DNA from: Octopus sinensis
Taxonomy: Eukaryota
DNA: 64,000 bases
Assembly: GCF_006345805.1 (NCBI RefSeq)
Contig: NW_021831284.1
Coordinates: forward strand, 186,001-250,000
Direction: 5' to 3'
Each line of letters opens with the position of its first letter. Position 1 is the stretch's first letter. The translations under genes were made by a program, and so were the position numbers. The notes below the pieces were generated by a model. That model was not told where the DNA came from and did no database searches. It saw only the letters and a list, made by a program, of their open reading frames with translations. Shown piece by piece: positions 37,000 to 50,889 of this stretch.

Positions 37000-37270
37000 C
37001 ATCTTGCTAGAAAACCTAAATTAAATCACTCACAAGACTACTGAACTCTGTTCCTTCATGGATAAGTATGATGTGGACATTGTCTTGGTGCAAGAAACAA
37101 AGCTCTTATCTAAAAATCGTCTGCCAGATCCGGCGAGACAGACCAAACTCTGTAAATGGCGGCGGCCTTTTAACCCTTTTCAGAAAATCAATCTTTTTAA
37201 CTAACTGTACATCTCAAGCCTACTCGCTAATTGATAATGACCCAGTGATTGAGCTGACAACTATAACGGT
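37000..37270 (+). mobile_element. APE endonuclease fragment of a non-LTR retrotransposon
   Basis: FMDKYDVDIVLVQETKL, IRRDRPNSVNGGGLLTL. Confidence 0.8.
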
Positions 37271-37272
37271 CT

Positions 37273-38900
37273 CTAAAGTCTCAAGCGCATTGCTACACCA
37301 ATCCTCACACAATCATTATCAAGAAAAGTTCCAGACTGGGAGGTAGGAAGGGCATTAACCCACGCACCACTTTCAGGTCTAGCAGCAGCACCAAAACAAG
37401 CGAGGCGGTGCTGATCCAATGTAGGTCTGATTGCCTCCATTTTAGCTTTGCCGGAGATATCATCCAATTCACATTGGCTTGAAATTTTAGATGGAATGGC
37501 CAATCCAGATCCCTTTCAAAGTTCACAAGCTCTAGAAAAAACCCAGTCCTCTTCCAATCCGCAAGAGTAACGTAGGTTTTGGGTGATGAGAACGTGGGAA
37601 CTGACGCGTGAGGAGAGAAAGACAGGGAGAGCTATGTCCAGTGGCGAACGTAGTCCAACTCCACCAAGGCGTAGAGCTAACTTGCAAAAAGTCCATCCAG
37701 CGTCATCAAAGCACATGTTTAGAATTTTTTCAGCGGCAAACTTCGAAGAAGTATCGAGCGATTAAAGCATTTCAAATTGTATTGAGCAGTTTGATATTCG
37801 CAGAAAGTATAGAATTCTTGCCAGTATAAGGCTTACTCTGAGCATGAAAAATCCGTAGTGAGTATCAAGCAGCATGAGTTTATTTGTAAAATCAGTGACC
37901 TAATTGGATTTCTCAGATAGCGACCTCTTGAGTTGGATTTGGCCCATGGGCGTGGGGAGGAATAGAACATCTTCAATGGGTGTGGTTGTCCGCCCCAGAG
38001 GCAAAGTTTCAGTTTGTTTAGTGCGAAACCGAATTTTCGGGCAAACAAGAGATATTTATATGCTCACACATGCTGACGTTTACTTTTAGTCCGATTTCAC
38101 GAAGGGTGGGAATTATGTCGGAAATATCCTCAATCACAGTATCAGCGGATCCCCCGATGATTGCATCATCGAGATACCACAGGTTAAAAGTCAAATCGGC
38201 TTTGCAACGGCAGAGTCAATACCAAAGGCGAACAGCAGTGGACCGATAAGGTCGCCCTGCTGAACTCTTGTGCACAATTTAATGATTTCATCTCCAAAAA
38301 GAAGAGAGCTGTTTGATCCATATGCCAAGTGAACCAAGATGATAATATTGGGGGTTCTTTCTAAGCAGGCTTCGAAAATCACATCTCTCCTCAGGCTATT
38401 GAATGCATTTTTAATGCGTACCAGAAGTTTATTAATCGAAACAAACAGAAAGTTTTTTTTCTGTTGTTAATGAAACAAATTAAGTTAGAAATGAACAAAA
38501 GGAAATCACCGAAGGGGCCAAAGCACGCGCCCTCCTGCGGTAAGTACCGCATGTGTGTTGCCACGGAGAATGGCGATGAATATCCTCTGCAATAGCCACG
38601 AAACCTCGCGTGGCTCTTTCGTCCTATGGGCCAATTTTCTCCCGATGTCGCTGATAAAGGCCGAGGTTAGATGCCCGATGACCCTCGATGTCTCCAGTGC
38701 GATTGGTGCAAATATAAAGCGGCGTCCGAGTTCTTGGTATTTTTTTGTTTTGGCCGTATCAGCCTTTTCTGCAGCGGACCCGGGGGAAGTGGCAGATGAC
38801 ATGATTGTCGATGGAGAGAATGAATCGATTCACGTAGACGAGACACTTGCCGTCTCCACGGTCCAATCCGACAGGCTCAAGTGTTGACGGAAAGCCCGCA
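37273..38900 (-). mobile_element. Cluster of CRE-clade RT and REL fragments
   Basis: RVQQGDLIGPLLFAFGID, WYLDDAIIG, LALRLGGVGLR, ESGAWVNALPTSQSGTFLDNDCVRIGVAMRL, and a separate 3' tip WLLQRIFIAILRGN. Confidence 0.85.
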
Positions 38901-39059
38901 GCCTTTAGAGAAAATAAAAAATTTAACAATAAACTCAACAAATTTTAAATTAACAAAAGTATACAGTAACACAAGAACAAAAGTAAACAATTAATGCCTT
39001 CTTTGTTCATGTTTATTTTTAATGATTTTGTCAAATTTTTTCATTTTGTCATGTCTAGG

Positions 39060-39830
39060 ATTCAGGCGATTTCTGTATTTAGTTTTATTTGCAAAAAGAG
39101 AACTGAATCCTGGCTTGCATTATCATGTCGTTGAAAATGAAATAGATTCATACAAAGCCTTTTGAGATTATTGTGAATACGCTGATGATATCCTAATTAT
39201 GGATACCTCGAAAAGGATATCACAGTCTTGGAGACGACTGAAGTCGTACATTGTCGATTTAAAGAAGTGGACTGCTGAGAAAAGCTTGACCATAGTACCC
39301 GAGAAGAGCACCATTTCATGGATGCGAAGAGGAACACGTTGTGCAGCTAAATGTTCCTATCCTATGAGTGGTTATGATATGGATCTCTCCAAGAGTTTGA
39401 ATCTACACTACCTTGGAGTAATAGTCAACTGCCGTGGTTCGTACGCCGACCACGTAGCTAAACAGAGGAAGAGGGGCGTTAGAATCCTCAAAAGCTTAAC
39501 CAGGTTCCATCTGGATCCGGAAACGTGTGTACAGCCAGTCCTCTTGATAAGTATTTACAATACCACAATTCTTCAAAGGGTTGGATGAACGTAGAAATAT
39601 TTAATGAATGCTTGTATAATTAGAATAAAACTCTCAAACAAAAACAAAGGAAGATACTTTTGGTTGTAGACCATTGTCCTTCTCATAAAATAACAAACGA
39701 ATTAAGTATGATAGAAGTTTTATATTTGCCAAAAAACACGACTACTGTGCTTCAACCGATGAATCAAGAAATCATTAGATCATTCAACTGGGTGAAGAAA
39801 TACTCCAAACGTGCCTTATATACTCATTGT
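39060..39830 (+). mobile_element. RT fragment (YADD) fused to a pogo DDE fragment
   Basis: EYADDILI..LHYLGVI..LTRFHLDPET to about 39540, then KGWMNVEIF..LLVVDHCPSH..LPKNTTTVLQPMNQEIIRSF. Confidence 0.8.
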
Positions 39831-40084
39831 CTAGTCATTTGACTACAACACTACTAAGACTTGTAAGCACATTCTTTGAAATTTCTTAATTGCACGTGAG
39901 GATTAACGCCTTCTCTGCTTTCAGTGAAATTATGACTCCGATCATTGTGCATGTATTGACTCTGCTTCATTGTTAGGAGCCTGTAAAAGAAATATTTAGT
40001 CTTTTTAAAAATATTTTCTGTGGAAGACCACGCCAAGTGGAGAGGTAATTAGTAATTTAATAATTTTTAGATTTAACCAATTAA

Positions 40085-41225
40085 TTACTCGTCCGCGAGA
40101 GCCCATGTGTGGGATGTAACTGTTGTCGTTACATTTTCAAAGTTGAGGATCGTCTCCTCCGCTGCGAACCCTCGTTCGGCTGCAAACTACGCCGAAAAGA
40201 TAAAATTGGAAAAGCATTTAACCTTAGCGGACTGCTATCGTGTTTTGCCAATTGCCCTGGAGCCGCGGAAAACGACACTCATTTGTTCATTAATGAGATC
40301 GGGTTGTTGATTGCGGCAACGCACACTGCGTCTTTGTCTCTGCTATATAGCTTACTCATTTTCTTTCTGTTTTAAATAGAATTAATACATAAAAAAGAAA
40401 GTTTTTGTGGGAATGGGAGGAAAGTTTTTTATGATTCAAAAGAATATAAAAGTACATTGCTTAATATGTCATGCAACGATAAAATCGTCAAAAACCTTCT
40501 CTGTCAAAGACATTATAATCTTCACAATTCAATTTATGATACTTATCAAGGCGATTCTAGGAAAAAAAATGTAGATTCTAGTACGCTCTCCCGTTGGCGT
40601 CCAACAGTCTACTTTTAGAAGACGAGGCTGTTCGCATCGGAGTGTGTATTCGACTTGGACTTGATATATGCCAACCGAACCGTTGCCGATGTCGTTTTAT
40701 GATCCCTTCGAACGGATTACACGCTTTGTCCTCTACTTAATGAGATGATTAAGAGGGCATTTGATTCCGCGGGATTCCTGTCTATCCTGGAACCGGTTGG
40801 TCTCTTACGAGGTGATGGAAAACGTCTTATTCAGGTGAAATAGGTCTCTCGTTTGGGGCGTGACCTGTGTGGATTCTCTGTCGGAGACGTTTTTGTCCAG
40901 GACGGCATGCTCGCCCGGCTATGCTTGCGCGCTTGCGGAGGAAAAGAAACTGTTTAAATACGCTTAGCTTTCGGAGGTTTATAAGTTTGTGCCCGTCTCC
41001 TTCGAGACCACTGGCATGGTCGGTAAGGAGGCTGAGAAGTTTTTACGGCTGGTGGGCGAAAAAATCGCATTGAAGACTAATGACCGGAAGTGCGACGAGC
41101 TTGCTTTTTCAGCGCGTCTCGGTTTCAATTCTCCGCAAGAACTGCCTCTCGATTTGCAGCGCGTCGTCGTCGGACTGACCTTCAAGTCTGCGAGACTCTA
41201 TATAATTATTTTCTTTTTTCGTTAA
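40085..41225 (+). mobile_element. Two CRE 3' fragments flanking a small hAT BED remnant (40390-40560)
   Basis: WDVTVV.TFS..LAIVAATH; VRIGVCIRLGL, ILEPVGLLRGDGKR, FVPVSFETTGMVG; hAT remnant CLICH..RHY. Confidence 0.75.
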
Positions 41226-41713
41226 ACATATTTTGATTTAAAATCATTAAATAAAAAATCGAATGTTTTTTTAAATATTTTAGCCACAAATCAAATGAAA
41301 TTAGTTATTTAAAAATTTGTCATTGTATAAGGAAGAAATTATTTAAACATGGTCTAATTTCTTTTATAACTATTTTCTAGATAAAATAAAATGATTTATG
41401 CAATTTTTTGGGTGGTCTTTTCAAAATCGGGTCCTCTCACAAACCGGTGACATAAAATTACTATTTATATATTTTGTTTATATTTTTAAATCAGGTGTCC
41501 ATTTATCCGACTATGACTTATAATACTTCCGTTAACTACTTCCTCAGTTTTTAATACAGTTCCTATATCTAATAGCAACTTTAGTCTAATTCTAAATGCA
41601 ATTTTTTTAGATGAGAATTTGTAACAATGTCTGCACGAAGATACTTAATCATGCTAGATTGTGTGTCAAAAGACTAGTAGTGTTTAAAATTAGCGAAAAA
41701 CTCAAATTTTAAA

Positions 41714-44700
41714 ATGTCGTCTTTTATAGAAAAATTTAATGCGCAACTTTAAGATTTAAATTACCAGATACAACGGATTTACACATGTCTTCTATAGGAA
41801 ATTCTTTGAAGAGTGGAATCTCTCTAAATTCATTAAATTTGTCGAATTCCTTGAATAAAAACCTATCAGTAATTTAAATATGACTTTATTTTACTCTATT
41901 AGACATTTGACTCAACAATAATAAGCAATGTTTCTTCTTATATCGAGCAAAGACATACAAATATTCGGGTTTGTAAATGATTTTAAATTATTATTTATTA
42001 GAAGGAATTTTCATTTAAGATTCCACTTGGCCTTATAATTGACGAAATTTCACCAATTTTGATTAAAAAAGTATTGGCACAGATAAAATTAAATAATAGA
42101 AATCTGCGTTTGATAAACTATACAACAACTTAATGGCATTTAAACAACTTATTGGAAACAAAATTGAAACGTATAATATAATCTAATGATCTTAAAATGT
42201 TTAGATTGGTCCAGGAATTTTCAGAGGCTAACGGATTCGAATTATTATTACAAACTCTCGTTTTTCTAATTAGTCAATTGTATCTATAAATATTTACTTA
42301 AAATTAGAAAAGCTTCTCAAACAAACAAATCACAAAAGTATCTACTGGAAAAAAATATTAATATTCTGAACACCAATTTAAATTCAAAAAATCAAAAAAT
42401 CGTTGATTGCATATGCATTCTCGTAGATTCACTAGAAGAGATATTTAATAAAACTGTAATTTTTAAATAGATATTTTTATTAGTCAAATGTGTTGGAAAT
42501 CTTAGATGTGCCAAATTTAATTGAAAATTTCATTAAGTTTACGATGGTAGGAAACATAAGGTTTATATGATTATTTTTTAAAGTTCTAGGATAACAGCAT
42601 CTATGGTACAAATATTGACAACACTTTGCAAAAAACAGAAAGCAACGCATTTTGTAACATCAACAATCATTAAATTATACGAAGTTAAAAATAATTAATT
42701 TAAATATATAGGCTGATTTGGATTCATTTCGATTTGATGTGATATGTCACGTTTTAAAACATGGTGAAATTGATCATATTGTATGTGATGTTAAAAATAA
42801 ACTTCATTTAGAAAGGATTAATCAAATTTGCAGATTTAATACTGAACGAGCAGGCTTTATTTTCTACTAGAATCAAAATTCAATATTATACAAGGATAAA
42901 TGAATTTGAAAAACAAATAAACGTATAAAAGCTGTTTTTAAATATAATTTAGAGTATGGCTGCTTCATCAGGAAGTAGTCTCAGGACATATGTCATTAAA
43001 TATAATAAAAGAAGGGAATACATTGCGAAAAACCAAGTGAAAGTCAGTAATCAAAAAGAACAAATATCTAACATTGAAAGAGAATATTTGAAAGTAAATA
43101 CATATGAATTTTATTTTAGTGTTTAATAGTAATTGACGAACTTAAAGGTTATAATTGATTTATATTTAACTTTGCGTAGATCAAATTTTGAATAGACATT
43201 CAAAACAGCCAAAAATATTACCTTCAAATCAAAGTTTACAAAACACAACAATAAAATCAAAACATTTTCAGTCTGGAACTCTCCGCAGATCACACCAAGT
43301 AGAACAACGTCAACAAGAGCACAGACCTGCTTTTGGTATTGAACGCCTAAAATATAATAATTTAGCATCAAACGCTGAAAAAATGTCAAATATTATCTTC
43401 AGTAAAAAAATACCTCCCCCTGCCCCATCTTCAGAAAAAAGTTCACGTGCTAGTGATTATATGAATACTTTATCAACATGCTCATCAATGATGAAATCAA
43501 TCATTTCTTTTGACTCAAAGAACGACGCCTTTGTTCCACCTCCTCCACCCCCGTTTGTTGTAAAGGCGCCAGATTCTTCTAAGGCTTCAGATTCTCCTGT
43601 TCCACCTCCTCCCCCACCACTTCAACCAAAACTTCCAGATTCTTCTAACGAAAATGGAACAACACCTATTCCTCCACCTCCTCCAAAAATGAGTTGTGTC
43701 CCTGGAGTCCCTTTGCCACCAGATCCATTAAAAATAATTCAAACTCCTAAAGAAATAATAATTAATGATAAAGTACCGAAACCATCAAAATCAATGAAAC
43801 CACTTCATTGGGATGATATTACTAATGAAGAGAATGTTGTTACAATATTTGGAAAAATCGATGAAAGTTCATTTTATAAAGTAATTTTGGATTGTAAATT
43901 ATATCTTTGTAGAAAATAGATTTGAATTGCCTTACCGATTTGTTTTATGCCCAAGAGGCTGGTGAAATCAAGACAGAATCAAAGAAGGATCAAAATATCG
44001 TAAAAAGTAACATACTTCCGAAAGATAGACTTCGAAACATTGGTTGGTAAAATTTTGTCTATTTTTAAAGAAATTGCCAAAAGGTCACTTTCGAATCAGT
44101 TGGAGGAAGACTTTAGAGCAATTAATAAGTACTCTGATTATTTTAATTAAAGTTTTGATTGGAATTACATCAAAATGGATCACCTTGAGGTCATACCCCA
44201 ACTCATACCAACTGATGAAGAGGTTAGATTCTGTTTTTATTTTAAGAAATCTTTATTCGAATCCTATATCGAAAATCCTTCTACTATTTCTAAACTTTCT
44301 GATCAGGAAAAGTTTTTTATTAAGGTTTTTTTAATTTATGTAATAAAATATTTTCTAGTTTGTTCAAGTAAACAATTTGGAGATAAAAATAAAATCTATA
44401 CTTTTTATGTCTAGTTTTGAAGATAGTTCTAAAACTTTATTGAAAGTAAAGCAACATAATTATATCTTTTCAGAGCATCTCCAGCATGAAAAAGAATATG
44501 AATCAAATTGGAAAATCACATAATTTAGCAGAAATTATGAAAGTAATAATTTTTAATTCAATTCAGATTATATTGTGTATCGGAAATTTCATGAATTTTG
44601 GAAAAAAGTCATTTCAATCTGGATTTCGTATGAAATCTTTGGACAAGGTTTTAATTTATATATTTTAAATTTAGCTGTACACAATAAAATCTTTTGATCG

Positions 44701-45417
44701 GCAAGATTCTCTTTTGGACTATTTAGTGAAAATTGTTCACAAATCGTTTAATCACGCATATTCTTTCTATGAAGATTTTCCAGACTTGACAGAAATCATA
44801 AATACTGGCTGTAGTGATTACTATTTTACTTTAGCGTCAACTGAAGATATTTCATTTAGATTCGGAGAACTTGAAAAATCGTACAATATCATAAAAAATC
44901 AAAGTTCTATAAACGCAAAGTCAGCTTCAGATAACTTAAATAAATTCATAAAAAAATACGACAACGAAATTAAATCTTTAAAAGAAAAGGTTTCCGAGCT
45001 AAATGTTTGTATTTGTTAAATGAATCCAATTTAGGAAATGTCAAAGAAACAAATTTCATATTTTGGAGAATCTCCTAATAAGACGGAATTGATTTCCATT
45101 TTTTCGAATTTGGACAATTTCATTAGAATGTATAAGGTTATTCCGACTTATATATAAATCATTAGATAGCAAAAGCAAAACACGAATTAAATATTAATCG
45201 ATGCATCAAGGAGGTAGTTTATTATTTTAGTTGACTTTAATAGCCTTGGAAAAATATTAAAAATCGAATAGAAAGTACACCGAAAAAAACTAATGAAGAG
45301 AATCCTATGAATTTACTTATGAAAAGTAAAATATTTAAACAAAACATTTTTATAAATTATAAATAATTATTTTTTGTAGATTTAAAAAGCAAAATCGAAA
45401 AGAACGAAAAAACTTAG
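41714..45417 (+). CDS. Formin (N-terminal helical region, FH1 polyproline, FH2), many micro-introns; start and end tentative
   Basis: Poly-Pro tracts at 43400-43720. FH2 motifs KPSKSMKPLHW, LIPTDEE, IILCIGNFMN..GFRMKSLDK|L..IKS.D..LLDYL. LVQEFSEANGFELLLQTL upstream. Frames join across GT-AG introns of about 24-35 nt (e.g. 43881-43912). The middle exons were not all traced. Confidence 0.85.
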
Positions 45418-46258
45418 CCGGAAAATGAGATTTTAACATTTTTACATTCTAAACTTTTTGAATTATATTCGAATTGAATTTAAATAACTCTAATACTTTA
45501 ATTAATTTTAATAATTTTTGATTTATCGAGAGAAAGCACACATAAATTAAATCACTTACTATAAATAAAACCCGTAAGATAAGTGTCTCTTATAAAAACA
45601 GAGTTAAACCGTGGAAAAGAACCCTTAAACTAGACAAAAGAATAAAAGAACTTTATCACCAAATAAGCGTAGATCGTCAGTACCTGCTAGGACCTAGAGA
45701 GGAAAGAGGCGAGCTGCCTACCTGAATCACTGTGCGAATAGAGGATATATCCACCAGAAAAAGAAGATTAATAAATTAATACTTACTTTAAGTTCTTTAA
45801 ATTTATTTGTGAGTATCAGACATAATACTAAAAAGCATGCTATTCTGTATGGCATAATTACTACAAATAACCTTACTGATATAAAATAAATCCTAACTCG
45901 AATCAAAGTCATCTAAAAATGCATATTTTTTAACAATCGGGCAATCAAATAAACAATTATAACTGAGTAATCAATGAATTTATGCAAATCCACCAAATAG
46001 ACCTTAGATTATCCATTTGAATGGAGATAGATTCGATTGTAACAGCAGTACTAACCATCAACTTGATGGCCTCAATAGCTGTCAATAATATAGCACATTT
46101 TTGATCTTCATTTGAAAAAATGAAGGAGATCTATATGCATCAACAGTAAATAAAAAAACAACAAATAATTTTAACAAAAAAATATAAGCATGAAAAAATA
46201 ACTATTTAAGATAATAAAATATTGAAATAATTAAATAAAAATTAAATAAATTTTAATT

Positions 46259-46325
46259 TTTGACGGCGAGGATAGCTTACCGTGATTACAATGGGCAACT
46301 GGGAATTACGGTTCGAATCCAGTAG
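46259..46325 (+). pseudogene. Short decayed 18S rRNA fragment (5' domain)
   Basis: tttgacggcgaggatagcttaccgtgattacaatgggcaactgggaattacggttcgaatcc resembles conserved TTCGACGGTAGGATAG..CTACCGTGG..AACGGGTAACGGGGAATTAGGGTTCGATTCC. Confidence 0.6.
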
Positions 46326-46327
46326 AA

Positions 46328-48411
46328 CAGGGGTGGCCAACCGGTCGATCGCGGCATGTTTCGTGGTCGATCGCTCGATATATAAATTGCTAATTATTTT
46401 TTTTGTATTAAATTATTATAAAAAAAATATTTATCAATATTAAAGTATTTTTCACGTGTCTTGTTATGAGGTGTAACAAAAAGTCCAAATCATATAAATT
46501 TAATGCCAAATGGGAAAAAGACTATATTTTTACGATGCACATGGAAAAATGCACATGTATGCTATGCAATAAAATCATTTCATTACCAAAAAGGGGAAAT
46601 CTTTGTCGGCATTTTAATTCTTTACATCCCGAGTTCAACAAACACTTTCCTTTAAATTCCTTATTACGGGAAGAGAAAGTTGAACAATTAAAAAAATCTT
46701 TTTTTTTCACAACATACAATTTTGAAAAAGTTTATTAATTCGTCCAGATCTGCAACAATTGCATCATTGCGAGTGACTCGTCTCCTCGTAAAACACAAAA
46801 AACCTTTCACTGATGGGGAATTTTAAAATCTTGTTTTTTGGAAGCTGCCGATTCACTATTTGATGGTATGAAAAATAAACAGGAAATTTCAAATTGCATC
46901 AAAGAGCTTCAGCTCTCAAAACAGTCAATTGTCAGAAGGGCTGAAAGCATTTCTGAAAATCTTCTTTCGCAGTTAAAAAAGGATCTTTACGCATGTTCGT
47001 GTTTTTCTCTACAGTTTGACGAATCAAACGATGCTATTGATATCGCCCAACTATGTGTATTTTCCCGTTTAATCTTCCATGATCTAACTGTCAAGGAAGA
47101 GTTATTTGCTATTATACCTATGAAAGAAAGAACAACTGGTGAAAATATTTATAATTCTTTCAAAACGTTTTTGTTATCATTCGAATTATTACCGTTAATG
47201 AAGAAACTTGTATCCATAACAACAGATGGAGCCCCTGCAATGATTGGGAATCAAAATGGATTTATTGCATTTTGTCGGAAAGATGAACATTTTCCGAAAT
47301 TTTTATCATATCATTGCATCATTCACCAACATGCATTATGTGGGAAAATGTTAAATTTCAACTATGTTATGGAGACAACAGTTAAAATATTAATTCCATC
47401 CGAGCCAAGCCCCTACAAAGAAGATTATTTCGACTTTTTCTAGAACAAGTCGATGCAATCTATGGCGATCTACCTTTACATTGTGACATAAGATGGTTAA
47501 GCAAGGGATTAATTCTCAGTCGTTTCAGAGAATTATTATCATACATTAAAGAATTTTCTAAAGAAAACAACAAGAATTGGCATTTTCTTGAAAATCCTGA
47601 TTGGCTAATAAACTTGGCATTTTTAACCGATATTACCAGCAAACTGAATGAACTCAATTTAGAATTACAGGGAAAGAATAGATATTATCGATATGATCAG
47701 TTCAATAAATGCTTTCATAATGAAGTTGGAATTATGGATATCTCAAATCAGAAAAGAAAATTTTACCCATTTTCCTAACATTGAAGATGAATTCACAAAA
47801 CAACTTGTGAATAAAAATCATTATGTCAATGAATTTGCTATGGTACTAGAAAAAATAATGAACGAGTTTAATAACAGATTTAGCGATTTCAAGAAAATTA
47901 CTATATTATGCAGTTTCTTTGTTTCTCCGTTCATGGATGTAGACATCGAAAATATTTCAGAAGAATTTAGCAAGATTTTTGACGTTGATCGAAGAAAAAG
48001 TCAAATAGAAATTATAAATCTAAAAAATGACATCACTTTAAAATTACATTCAAATGTCAACATGTGGAAATTATGTCTCAGGAAAAATATCCAATTTTGA
48101 TTGATTCGTATCAACGAATTCTTTCATGCTTTGGAAGCACATATTTATCCGAAACATCATTTTCAAGTATGAAAATGATAAAATCTCAATACAGGACACG
48201 TTTAACGGATGACCATCTTGGGGATTGCATGAGAATAGCAATAAGCTTAACGAGCCAGAATTTGAAATAATCGCAAGTGAATTACAATGCCAAAAATCGC
48301 ATTAATTTTTAATTGTAAAATAAAATTTTTGATATTAAAATATATAATTCGATCTCCAAAAAATCGCAAAATGAAAAGTAGCTCGCCGGTGAAAAAGGTT
48401 GGCCACCCCTG
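46328..48411 (+). mobile_element. Full-length hAT transposon (Buster/SPIN/Charlie type), lightly frameshifted
   Basis: Perfect 15-bp TIR caggggtggccaacc and 8-bp TSD cagTAgaa (46320-46327, 48412-48419). BED finger, FSLQFDESND, ITTDGAPAMIG, YHCIIHQHALC, FGSTYLSE. Confidence 0.96.
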
Positions 48412-49316
48412 CAGTAGAATAAGCACAATAAGAAAAGTCGGTGCGAACTTAGACTGCAAGGAAAACTGACCATTTCGTATACTCGTTCAGGACAACTAAT
48501 TGTAAACCAGACTCACTCCAACACAACCCATCAAGCGCAATACTGCCTGGGAAAAATAAATAGCCCAACCCCATCACATAAACACTCTGGAATCAAGCCA
48601 GGGCCAAATTTAAACTGCTCGATTGCTCGACACATGTAATCATGGATTGGTTTGCAATTTTTTAGATTGAAACTATACACCTTATAGACCCTGGCTGTTT
48701 TCCATTAAGAGAGACGGGTCACTCCCTCACCGAACTTCATGGGGATGTCAGAAACACCACAAGAGCATCATTAAGGGAGCACCGAAAGAACGAAGACAAC
48801 TTCAATGAATAGTTAATATTTCTTTGTGTATTCTTTTAAACGCGCTGCCAATTGGTTTGTAATTGTGTTAATAATTGTTCTAATTTACTTATAGGTGTTT
48901 AAGTGTTTTTCAAAATCTGTTAATTACACACTCTATTTAATGGCGTTTTTTATTTAACCGCAAATCACAAACAGTTAATTAAATAAATTAATTAGTTGAT
49001 CCAGACAACCCGAAGGAATGTCATCAGCTTTTCTATGTGATATTTGACCATTTTTTAATTATTAATTAATTTTTTTCATTTTCATAGTAGATCTCACATT
49101 TTAAGTACACGTTACATGGTTCCTTAGTATGGGATGGAAAAAGGATGTAAATGAGATCGAACAAATTAATATAGTCGGCCATCATGGGGGCTGTTGTCCT
49201 AAAAAATTTAGCTCGATTGTTTCTACATAAGTGGGGATCTCGCGTTTTTTGGTGAAAATAAAGACGCATTTTTAGATTAGTTTAGAAGTGATTTATTATG
49301 TTCCTCGCGTCTGAAG

Positions 49317-49920
49317 TTAGTTTCGATGTGTTTGATCAAATTGACTAAGATACTTTTGATCCCAAACCAGGGAGTTGCCTTCCTTGAAAAGAAAGGTCGC
49401 CATCCTGTCGGGACGCTTATCGTCGTTCCGAAAATGGCCGACAGGATCTAGAGTAGAAGGGAAACTAGCCGACTCTAGAGCCCTCTTGACAACGTCATTG
49501 AGTTGAGTGCGGCAAAGAATTCTGCCGGCACTCTTCGTATACGAAAAAGCGTGCATGCCGTTCGACAAAATTGTAGAATCCCAAATAAGGGATTTCCCCT
49601 GCTCGTATGAGAAGGTGGACATGCCGTCTGGGCGTTTGCCGTCCTTTCTATCCAGTCCAACAGGTTCGAGGATTGACGGGACGCCAGCTGAAGCGAGGGC
49701 TCTCTGTATGATCGAGTTAAGTTCACTGTGACGGGGAGCACGACCGGCACTCCGATTGGCAAATTTTCAGCCCGACATGGAGGGAGATTGCGATTCTCAG
49801 GCATTCCTTGTCCACCAGGTTTCCGATGGAAGGGAGAGGGAGAGCCTTTAACCAGACACCGCTGCCTTCAAAGCGACCTGCACAGATTCAAGCGACATGG
49901 TGTTGATTGGAGACAGGAAG
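49317..49920 (-). mobile_element. CRE-clade fragments with a local duplication of the RPDG region
   Basis: SILEPVGLDRKDGKRPDGMSTFSYEQGKSLIWDST, then again STLDPVGHFRNDDKRPDRMATF. Confidence 0.75.
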
Positions 49921-49935
49921 GAGACTTTTGAAAAT

Positions 49936-50420
49936 TGTCTTACAAGACATTTCGTCCCATTGACGCTAGACAGATTGAGAATTGGGCAGCTTCGAACCAA
50001 ACCGAGCCTCCAAATGTCCCCTTTTTCTTCTTATTTCTAAATTTTCAACATGTCCTTCTAAAATGTTTTTCTTTATATATAATGATAGGTTTTGTGAAAA
50101 ATATCGCAGAATATCAATTTATAGTGAGTATCTTAAACGGAGAACCTGTAAAGACATCCTCAATGCAGATAAAATATAAATTAACTAAAAATCTACCAAA
50201 TTTATTGTTATTGATGACCGCTTATACCTCAAAGACGAAAGATTTCGAAGGGGCAAGAAGTCCAAACGCTGTACCTCCAAGACGAGCAGAGGCTGCTTGT
50301 TTGATGCTATGTTTGAGTTTAGAGAAATCTTCTCAAGAAGAACCATCTGTGGCATTCTTATCTATAAGAGCAGAGCTCCCTTTAAATTTAAATGTTGTTG
50401 TTAATGGTTTTTGCGATGAA
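49936..50420 (+). mobile_element. Ginger-like element C, 5' fragment
   Basis: MIGFVKNIAEYQFIVSIL..IKYKLTK, then after a frameshift KFIVIDDRLYLKD, parallels the A N-terminus GYVKNSLEYQIL..KYRLVK..VINERLYLK. Begins with TGT. Confidence 0.6.
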
Positions 50421-50889
50421 TGATCAAAATGATATGGTTACGGGAAAATGTCAACAGACATAAAGGTTTTCCTTCCATAAATTTTTTTTTAAAAACCTTA
50501 ACAAAATAGAGTTTTTTTAACAATCTGAAGATAACAGATTTTTGCGCTACTTGCGAGAAAGGAAGAGCTCTGGTAGATTTCTACTTTTTGTTAAAGAGAG
50601 TTATAGGCACAGACATATTGGAGTTTTTTCGCAAATATCAGCGATATTTTTTTGTCGCCATTGCAATTGTTATTGCAATTTCTTTTTTATTTTTTGGTAC
50701 ACATTAGGTTATGTCATCACTAAAATGAACGGAAGACTATCCAAATACGAGCTTCTGTCGATAGATCTTAAATAAGAAAAAAAGAGATTGATCTGGTTTT
50801 ATCGAATGGATATTCAAGTGACGGAAAATAAGAAGATGCCAAATTTTTTAAATGATGGTGTCATACTAAAAGAACTTTTTTATTCTGGA

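Noticed and set aside
46310-46321. GGTTCGAATCC tRNA B-box
   Set aside because: The context matches 18S helix sequence, not a cloverleaf.
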